From Candidatus Altimarinota bacterium (GTDB lineage: Bacteria > Patescibacteriota > Gracilibacteria > UBA1369), in contig JBAZYK010000019.1 of the NCBI GenBank assembly GCA_041659405.1, positions 1 through 7,746 on the forward strand: 7,746 bases of DNA, written 5' to 3'. A program made the translations under genes and the position numbers. How positions within the stretch are numbered: the first letter of the stretch is position 1; the number at the start of each line of letters is the position of its first letter. The notes below the pieces were generated by a model. It was not told where the DNA came from, did not search any database, and saw only the letters and a list, made by a program, of their open reading frames with translations. Positions 1-5,565 of the stretch are shown here, piece by piece.

Positions 1-3
1 ATG

Positions 4-48
4 GAGGGAATGGTGATGATTTAGTCATCTTTCATCATCCCTCTTTTT
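4..48 (+). terminator. Intrinsic-terminator-like interrupted hairpin followed by a T5 tract
   Basis: GAGGGA (4-9) pairs with TCCCTC (38-43), and TGATGA (14-19) pairs with TCATCA (32-37). That gives 12 bp with a 4-nt bulge and a 12-nt loop, followed directly by TTTTT (44-48). A frame-1 reading ...MEGMVMI* stops at 22-24, so this could terminate a + strand gene ending at the window edge. Against it, the stem is interrupted, alternative registers exist (TCATC repeats), and it conflicts with the frame-3 open frame 3..203. Confidence 0.3.
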
Positions 49-360
49 GTTGTGGCTTAAAACCTGTTTTTTCTCTTTCCCTCAATATCAAATCCGTCTC
101 GCACTCTCGAAATCTTGGAAAGGGGTGCATGGCTGCCTTATCACCGAAAGGGACTTGTGTGAATTGTAAAAATGTTGCGTGGTATGTTTACGTCCCAGGA
201 TGAGGGTGGTTTTACATGGTTTGCTTTTTGGAAAACTTATTTCAAATTCGATACTTCGGTGCCGAAGCTCTTAAAAATAGCTTGCTGCTGCGGAGTATTT
301 GACGCAGGCTGAAAAACGTTGCAAGGCGTCGAATGTGGACGTGTGCTTACTTTATATCTT

Positions 361-582
361 TTAGATATACCCTGATTCCTTTTTCAATTTTGGTAACTTT
401 TCTTTGGTTTCTTTGGAAACCAGCTTTGCGGCTTCTCCGATGATTTCAAGAAGGCGAACCATGGCGTTTTGAACAAGTTCATCCTTATGAAAACTGCCAA
501 TAGTTATTTTATTACAATGTCTTTCAATAAAACGAATTGAATCCAGAATGTGCTTTAAATAAACTTTATCGTCGCGAATCAT
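361..582 (-). pseudogene. hepT: HEPN-domain (DUF86/HepT-like) toxin, C-terminally truncated
   Basis: The 73-aa ORF matches the N-terminal two thirds of DUF86 HEPN proteins (RD..YL.HIL..I..I, then Q.A.VR.LEIIGEAAK....E.KEK.P). It ends at ...KEKLPKLKKESGYI*, just where family members continue with ..PW..I.G.RN.L.H.Y, the Rx4-6H RNase motif. I found no such motif in any of the three minus-strand frames of 1-360. Its start overlaps the upstream MNT gene by 17 nt, the canonical MNT-HEPN operon layout. Confidence 0.7.
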
Positions 583-871
583 AGATAACTTTTAAATCTT
601 TTTCGACGTATTTTTTGATTGAAGGATGAAGTGCTTTATTTGTTACCAAATCAACTTTTTTGATTTTAATCTTTTTGGCTATTTTGTCTTCAATGCCAAT
701 AATGTCAAAATAGGTCACTGGCTTAGAAAAGCTTACCAGCAGATCCAGATCGCTTTTTTTAGTTTCTTCACCGCGGGCATACGAACCAAAAAGAGCAGCA
801 TAGTTAATATTATACTGTTGAATGATTGGTAAAATTTGCTTAATAATGAGTTGTGTCTTTTTTGAAGCCAT
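566..871 (-). CDS. mntA: Minimal nucleotidyltransferase (MNT/MntA-type antitoxin of the HEPN-MNT family)
   Basis: The 101-aa ORF carries the Pol-beta-superfamily minimal NTase signature LFGSYARGEETKKSDLDLLV (GS-x-x-RG-x5-7-SD-x-D-L). Its size and its position directly upstream of, and overlapping, a HEPN ORF are typical of the family. Confidence 0.9.
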   Translation of the reverse strand: MASKKTQLIIKQILPIIQQYNINYAALFGSYARGEETKKSDLDLLVSFSKPVTYFDIIGIEDKIAKKIKIKKVDLVTNKALHPSIKKYVEKDLKVIYDSRR

Positions 872-937
872 AAAAATTATTATTTATGCGTGTTAATGAT
901 AACATTTTTCGGTACATAAGTAAAAAATATGTTTTTC

Positions 938-966
938 TTGTCTGCTCAATCGTCCTGCGCTAGAGT
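938..966 (+). promoter_or_regulatory. Candidate sigma70-like promoter for tpiA
   Basis: TTGTCT (938-943), a 17-nt spacer, then TAGAGT (961-966). Each hexamer matches consensus at 4 of 6 positions. It sits ~29 nt upstream of the tpiA ATG in the divergent mntA/tpiA spacer. This is a motif match only. Confidence 0.25.
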
Positions 967-994
967 GTGAGGGACGTAATCTTTTTAAATCACC

Positions 995-1663
995 ATGAAA
1001 CTTCCGATCATTGTTGTTAATTTTAAAACCTATGAGCATGCTTCGGGCAAAAAGGCTTTGGAGCTTGCGAAAATCCATCAAAAAGTTGCGGAAAAAACCG
1101 GGGTTAATTTTGCGATTGCGGTGCAGCCGGTGGATCTTAGAATGATTACTGAAGCAGTTAACATTCCCGTGTTTGCCCAGCATTTTGATCCTGTGGAATT
1201 GGGGGCTTTTACCGGCCATTTGTCTCCACATGTTTTAAAGGATGCCGGAGCTTTTGGATCGCTTTTAAATCATGCAGAAAGAAAACTAAATTTGGATGTG
1301 ATTGAAAAATCCATAGAAAAAGCGCGTACGCTTGGCTTTTTTACGATTGTTTGCGCGGATACGGCTTATGCCGCAAAAGCTTTAAGTGAACTTGATCCCG
1401 ATTTGATCGCGGTTGAGCCACCGGAATTGATTGGTGGAGATGTATCGGTTTGCAGCGCGGAACCGCAAGTGATTATTGATGCTGTAAATATGATTGGAAA
1501 AGGAAAAGTATTAGTGGGGGCCGGAATCAAGACAAAAGATGATGTTTTACAATCTTTGCGATTGGGGGCAAGTGGTGTTTTGTTGGCTTCAGGAGTGACA
1601 AAATCAATGGATCCGGAAAAAACTTTAATGGATTTGGCACAAGGGGTTTTGGATTTTAATTAG
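995..1663 (+). CDS. tpiA: Triosephosphate isomerase, short archaeal-type
   Basis: The 222-aa ORF carries these motifs: IIVVNFKTY (catalytic Lys), LLNHAERK (catalytic His), AVEPPELIGG (catalytic Glu), VGAGI and GVLLASGVTKSMDPEK. From memory it is colinear with Pyrococcus-type TIM (~225 aa). Bacterial TIM (~250 aa) has NWKMN/GHSERR/YEPVWAIGTG instead. Confidence 0.95.
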   Translation: MKLPIIVVNFKTYEHASGKKALELAKIHQKVAEKTGVNFAIAVQPVDLRMITEAVNIPVFAQHFDPVELGAFTGHLSPHVLKDAGAFGSLLNHAERKLNLDVIEKSIEKARTLGFFTIVCADTAYAAKALSELDPDLIAVEPPELIGGDVSVCSAEPQVIIDAVNMIGKGKVLVGAGIKTKDDVLQSLRLGASGVLLASGVTKSMDPEKTLMDLAQGVLDFN

Positions 1664-1666
1664 AAA

Positions 1667-1696
1667 TTAGGAATTTTTTTTTGGAAAAGGTATAAT
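1667..1696 (+). promoter_or_regulatory. Candidate promoter for hpf and the downstream gene string
   Basis: A perfect TATAAT sits at 1691-1696, with TTAGGA at 1667-1672 (18-nt spacer) and a T9 run at 1674-1682 between them. It lies in the only sizeable + strand intergenic gap (92 nt), ~60 nt upstream of the hpf ATG. This is a motif match only. Confidence 0.3.
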
Positions 1697-1720
1697 CCGG
1701 TTTGAATGCGGGGCCATTAC

Positions 1721-1755
1721 TAATTATTAATTTTTAATTCTTAATTGATTAAATT
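1721..1755 (+). repeat. Heptad-phased A/T repeat (TAATTNN x4 plus one degenerate copy) abutting the hpf start codon
   Basis: Read directly from the sequence: taattat|taatttt|taattct|taattga|ttaaatt, then ATG at 1756. A second heptad-phased set aattaga|aattagg|aattttt lies at 1658-1678 and spans the tpiA stop codon. Confidence 0.5.
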
Positions 1756-2328
1756 ATGCAAGTTACGATTATCAACAAGCACCTCCATTTAAGCGATGAA
1801 CAAAGGGCTTATATTGAAGAGAAGGTTAATCATCTTAAACATTACGGAGAGCAGGTTGCCGATGAATCAACGCAGGTTCGTGTTGATGTCGAAACCAACA
1901 GCGTCAAAACAACCAATAAAAATATTTCGCTTCAAATAACAATGTTTGTTCCTCATTCGGTAATTCGTGCGGAGATTTTTGCCGTAACAATTGAAGAAGC
2001 GGTTGATTTGGCTGTAGAGAAATTGAAAAAACAACTGGAACGTTATAAGGGCAAAAAAAATCGTCGTGATCAGACAGGAAAATGGATTCCATCTTCAACA
2101 CTTGAACAGATTACTTCAACTCAAGAAGGAATGGCCGAGGTCGCGCGCATTTCTAAACGCAAGGTTTATGACGATCTTAAGCCAATGCATGAAGAAGAGG
2201 CGATTGAACAAATGGAACTTCTTGGTCATGATTTTTATGCGTTTATGAATGTTGATACTTCCAAGTTTTCCGTGGTTTATCGCCGTGAAGATACCAGTTA
2301 CGGTTTGTTGGAACTTGGAAATAAATAA
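1756..2328 (+). CDS. hpf: Ribosome hibernation promoting factor, long form (RaiA/HPF N-domain plus C-terminal dimerisation domain)
   Basis: The ORF is 190 aa. The N-terminal ~100 aa fit the sigma54-modulation/RaiA fold pattern (MQVTI..K.L.L.D..R.YIE.K...L..Y, then EA.DLAVEKLKKQLERYK). The C-terminal ~55 aa (KPM..EEAIEQMELLGHDFYAFMN.DT..FSVVYRR.D.SYGLLE) match the long-HPF dimerisation domain. Confidence 0.9.
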   Translation: MQVTIINKHLHLSDEQRAYIEEKVNHLKHYGEQVADESTQVRVDVETNSVKTTNKNISLQITMFVPHSVIRAEIFAVTIEEAVDLAVEKLKKQLERYKGKKNRRDQTGKWIPSSTLEQITSTQEGMAEVARISKRKVYDDLKPMHEEEAIEQMELLGHDFYAFMNVDTSKFSVVYRREDTSYGLLELGNK

Positions 2329-2352
2329 TTTCCTTTTGTCTTAATTAGAATT

Positions 2353-3810
2353 ATGGTTATAACATTGATCTTTTTGACTGCGCTGTATTTTGTTTTTGCT
2401 TTGGTGAATTTGCGATGGGCCGTTTTGGTTTTGCCATTGTTCTTTCCGGCTTATCTGTTGAATTTTCAGATTGCCGGTGTTCCTTTTACTTTAATTGAAG
2501 GTTTTATTGATGCGACTTTTTTGGCCTGGGTTGTGCGGGGAATTTGGGATTTTTTTATGGCTAAAAAAACTGCCACGCATGGGGTGAGTATTGGTAAAAA
2601 GAAAAGTTTTGATTTTAAGCGGTTATCCTGGAAAATATGGTTTCCGATTATTTTGATTTTGGTTGGGGCTATTATTGGCACGTTGATCTCGGAAAAAGAG
2701 ATTTTTATGATGGACGGACGGACCATTTTTTATGGTCAAAAAACCGCCTTGGGAATTTTAAAGGGCTGGATTGTTACACCAATGTTAATGTCCATATTAT
2801 TCGCTTATGTTTTAAAGGTAAAAGAGGAGTATCGCCTGTTGTTGGATTTTTATACTGGATCGAGTGTTTTTGTGAGTTTGTGGGCGATCTGGCAGGTTAT
2901 AAGTGGTCAATATTTAACACCGGATTTGCGTGCCTCCGGGCCTTTTTTGTCGGCAAATTATTTGGCTCTTTATATTGCTCCGGCTCTTTTATATGCGGCA
3001 ATTCGTTGGCGAGAATTTTTACGTGAGGATCATGGGTTTGTTGTTTTTAGATGGTTGAAAGCTTTGCAGGCGAGGTTTGGGACAGGGCTCGATGGTTCGG
3101 TTCCCGCCAGAATGTTTTTTATGCTGGCTTTTTTCAGCATTGGATTTGCGCTTTTCTTTACCAAATCTTATGCGGCAATTTCGGCTCTGTTAATTGCTGT
3201 TTTTGTTTATTTTGGTTTTGATTCCGGTTGGTGGAAAGTATGGAGAGAAAAGAAAAATGCCAAAGTTTTTTGGGGAGTTTTGATCGGAGTTTTGCTGATA
3301 TTGGGTGTTTTGGCTTTTGCGGTTTTTCAGGCTGATCCACAAAAATGGAATAAGTTTTTTGAGTTTACCGAAAGAAGTTCTTCCGGAGTTCGCGTGGAAA
3401 TTTATGCAATTGCTACGCATTTGATCGCGGAACATCCTTTTGCCGGTATTGGGTTGGGTCAGTTTCCACTTTTTTATCAGTTACAGGGACCACGCATTTT
3501 AGGACACGTTCCTTATGAGTGGAACATGCTTCATCCTCACAATATCTTTTTTGCTTTTTGGTTGAATTTGGGAATTTTGGGAGTGTTTGCTCTGTTTTGG
3601 ATCCTCGCACTTGTGTTCAAAAAAGTTGTTCATGGTTTAAGGTCGTTATCAAGCCAAAAAACATGGTCGGTGGATAAATTAAGATTGGTCGGTTTTGCGC
3701 TCTTATTGGTAATTTTGGTTCATGGATTTTTTGATACACCGTTTTTCAAGAACGATTTGGCTTTGCTTTTCTGGTTAATTATTTCGGTTATTTTATGGCC
3801 ATATTTATGA
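2353..3810 (+). CDS. Polytopic membrane protein, O-antigen ligase/polymerase-like (Wzy_C family)
   Basis: The 485-aa ORF has about 10-12 hydrophobic segments. A larger loop is followed by RVEIY......I.EHPF.GIGLGQF and HPHNIFFAFWLNLGILG, the characteristic Wzy_C/WaaL-type motif. Substrate and exact role cannot be read from sequence. Confidence 0.75.
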   Translation: MVITLIFLTALYFVFALVNLRWAVLVLPLFFPAYLLNFQIAGVPFTLIEGFIDATFLAWVVRGIWDFFMAKKTATHGVSIGKKKSFDFKRLSWKIWFPIILILVGAIIGTLISEKEIFMMDGRTIFYGQKTALGILKGWIVTPMLMSILFAYVLKVKEEYRLLLDFYTGSSVFVSLWAIWQVISGQYLTPDLRASGPFLSANYLALYIAPALLYAAIRWREFLREDHGFVVFRWLKALQARFGTGLDGSVPARMFFMLAFFSIGFALFFTKSYAAISALLIAVFVYFGFDSGWWKVWREKKNAKVFWGVLIGVLLILGVLAFAVFQADPQKWNKFFEFTERSSSGVRVEIYAIATHLIAEHPFAGIGLGQFPLFYQLQGPRILGHVPYEWNMLHPHNIFFAFWLNLGILGVFALFWILALVFKKVVHGLRSLSSQKTWSVDKLRLVGFALLLVILVHGFFDTPFFKNDLALLFWLIISVILWPYL

Positions 3811-4184
3811 AACCTTTGACGACGATTGTTGGGACAGTGATGAAGGGTGTTTTAATGGGGCGAAAAATTGGATTTCCCACTATTAATGTTGTTTTTGATC
3901 GGACTGATCTGCCTTTTGGCGTTTATTCGTGTCGGGTGTATACTCCGCTTGGTCTTTATAAAGGAGCGCTGCACTATGGTCCACGTAAGGTTTTAAACCT
4001 GACGGAGTCTGCGCTTGAGGTGCATTTGCTGGATTTTTCCGGCAGTTTGTATGGTGAAGAAGTGAAGGTCGATATATTTGAAAAAATTCGTGATACTCAG
4101 GATTTTGATAGTATGGACGTCTTAAAAAAACAAATCAGGCTGGATGTGGAATCTGTGAGGTCTATGGATATTCCGCTTACTTAA
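3795..4184 (+). CDS. Riboflavin kinase, stand-alone domain (RibF C-terminal-type, no FMN adenylyltransferase domain)
   Basis: The ORF is 129 aa. GTVMKG...GRKIGFPTINV matches G.V..G...GR.LGFPTAN. LEVHLLDFSGSLYGEEVKVDIFEKIRDTQDFDSMDVLKKQIRLD matches the RFK C-terminal pattern E.HL.DF.GDLYG......F...R.E.KF.S...L..QI..D. The start is ambiguous. ATG 3795 overlaps the previous gene by 16 nt. The in-frame ATG 3807 forms an ATGA overlap with the upstream TGA stop (3808-3810). Confidence 0.85.
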   Translation: MAIFMKPLTTIVGTVMKGVLMGRKIGFPTINVVFDRTDLPFGVYSCRVYTPLGLYKGALHYGPRKVLNLTESALEVHLLDFSGSLYGEEVKVDIFEKIRDTQDFDSMDVLKKQIRLDVESVRSMDIPLT

Positions 4185-4206
4185 AGCATTTATATAAATC
4201 TTACCC

Positions 4207-5556
4207 ATGCTCATAAGTTATCTTCAGAAAAAAATTTCTTCTCAAAATCCAATTCGGCTTTTGTATCATAAAATCCTGGCGATTGCCGCGGCGGTTTATT
4301 ATCGTTTTCCGGCCAACAATTTAAGTGTGATTGCCGTGACCGGAACAAAAGGAAAAACCACTACCACCAATTTGATTGCCGGGATTTTAACGGAGGCAGG
4401 TTTTAAAGTTGGAATGACTTCAACGATTAATTTTCAGGTAGGGGATTTGCGTTGGAATAATGTGACCAAGATCACCACTTTGGGGCCGTTTTTTTTACAA
4501 AAGATTTTAAGACAGATGGTTGATGAAGGTTGCACTCATGCTGTTTTGGAAGTTTCTTCCCATGCGGTTAGTCAAAATCGAATTTGGGGCATAAACATTG
4601 ATACTGCGGTTTTAACAAATATTGGAGAAGATCATTTGGATTATCATGGTGGTTTCCAAAATTATTTGCGGACAAAAGGACTTTTGTTTGAAAGGCTTAA
4701 TCGCTCTGCGCGTAAACCAAATGTTCCTAAAAATTCGGTTTTAAATAAGGATGAAAGTAATTTTCTTTATTTTGATCAGTTCTTGGTGGATCGAAAATAT
4801 ACTTATGGAATGAGTGGTGCCACGGTTTATGCTACGAATTTGCAGCTTACTCCTGCGGGTTCCGTGTTTACGCTGAATGTTCCCAATAATAAGGTTGAAA
4901 TTCAGCTGGGATTACCCGGCAAGTTTAATGTTTATAATGCTTTGGCTGCTGCAACGGTAGCTCTTGCTCAAAATATTAACTTGGCTGTGATTAAAATGGC
5001 ACTCCAAAAGGCTTCATCTATTCCCGGTCGTTTTGAGACGATTGATTGCGGCCAGAAATACACGATTGTGGTTGATTATGCCCATACGACCGATTCTTTG
5101 GAAAAATTGTTGTCCTTATATAAAGATTTAACCAAAGGAAAATTGTATGCGGTTTTTGGGGCAACCGGAGGTGGCCGTGATAAAGGAAAAAGACCTAAAA
5201 TGGGTGCAGTTGCAGATAAATATGCCGATTATGTAATTGTGACGGATGATGATCCTTATGAAGAAAATGAGTGGGAAATCATTGAGCAGGTTTCAAAGGG
5301 CATTAAGCGTGCTGACGGTGAAAAGTTTTGGAAAATTCCATCAAGAATGGAAGCGATAAAATTGGCACTAACTTTGGCTCAAGAAAGCGATACAGTGGTG
5401 ATTGCCGGTAAAGGAGCGGAGGAAATTCAGATGCTTGGTGATAAAAAGATTCCGTGGGATGATCGCAAAGTGGTGCGCGAACTTTTGAGCAGTGCCATGC
5501 AGGTGGAAATTGGGCCCGGAAAAATGGTCAGCAAGGAAAATGTTTATATGAAATAA
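4207..5556 (+). CDS. murE: Mur ligase, MurE-type (UDP-MurNAc-L-Ala-D-Glu:diamino acid ligase) with a strongly reduced N-terminal domain
   Basis: The ORF is 449 aa. It has the P-loop VTGTKGKTTTT, NIGEDHLDYHG followed by TKGLLF (carbamylated-Lys position), and FGATGGGRDKGKRPKMGAVADKYADYVIVTDDDPYEEN. From memory the last segment is colinear with E. coli MurE [44 protein letters not shown]..M matches AGKGHE.YQ. It does not look like MurT, which has NFFRDQ and DNAADGRD motifs. Confidence 0.85.
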   Translation: MLISYLQKKISSQNPIRLLYHKILAIAAAVYYRFPANNLSVIAVTGTKGKTTTTNLIAGILTEAGFKVGMTSTINFQVGDLRWNNVTKITTLGPFFLQKILRQMVDEGCTHAVLEVSSHAVSQNRIWGINIDTAVLTNIGEDHLDYHGGFQNYLRTKGLLFERLNRSARKPNVPKNSVLNKDESNFLYFDQFLVDRKYTYGMSGATVYATNLQLTPAGSVFTLNVPNNKVEIQLGLPGKFNVYNALAAATVALAQNINLAVIKMALQKASSIPGRFETIDCGQKYTIVVDYAHTTDSLEKLLSLYKDLTKGKLYAVFGATGGGRDKGKRPKMGAVADKYADYVIVTDDDPYEENEWEIIEQVSKGIKRADGEKFWKIPSRMEAIKLALTLAQESDTVVIAGKGAEEIQMLGDKKIPWDDRKVVRELLSSAMQVEIGPGKMVSKENVYMK

Positions 5557-5565
5557 GCTAGTAAC

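Noticed and set aside
3-29. GGNGDDLVI as evidence for an RTX/calcium-binding repeat protein
   Set aside because: It is a single nonapeptide match at the window edge in an unverified frame. RTX domains need tandem copies, so I mention it only as a lead under the 1-360 finding.
110-215. GGAAAGGGGTGC...CCGAAAGGG resembling the RNase P RNA GGAAAGUCC (P4) region or an SRP GNRA hairpin
   Set aside because: Only a partial hexamer resemblance exists. The partner conserved elements are missing on both strands: the RNase P ACAGAA.CCGGCUUA element, and the SRP GGAA tetraloop with its AGCA symmetric loop.
626-832. 68-aa + strand ORF opposite mntA
   Set aside because: It is antisense to the MNT gene, which has a clear catalytic signature, and its sequence is low-complexity and Phe/Ile/Asn-rich.
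893-1231. 112-aa minus-strand ORF overlapping the 5' half of tpiA
   Set aside because: It is antisense to a confidently identified gene. Its basic, His/Arg/Phe-rich, low-complexity composition is typical of shadow ORFs, and I recognise no motifs.
1640-1685. T9 run after the tpiA stop as an intrinsic terminator
   Set aside because: I could find no convincing GC-containing stem directly upstream of the T tract. It more likely belongs to the A/T-rich promoter and spacer region.
2637-3026. 129-aa + strand alternative-frame ORF inside the Wzy_C-like gene, and likewise the small ORFs 2466..2726(-), 3158..3435(-) and 3413..3610(-)
   Set aside because: They are nested in or opposite a long coherent membrane-protein frame. 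G/T-rich codon bias explains the open frames.
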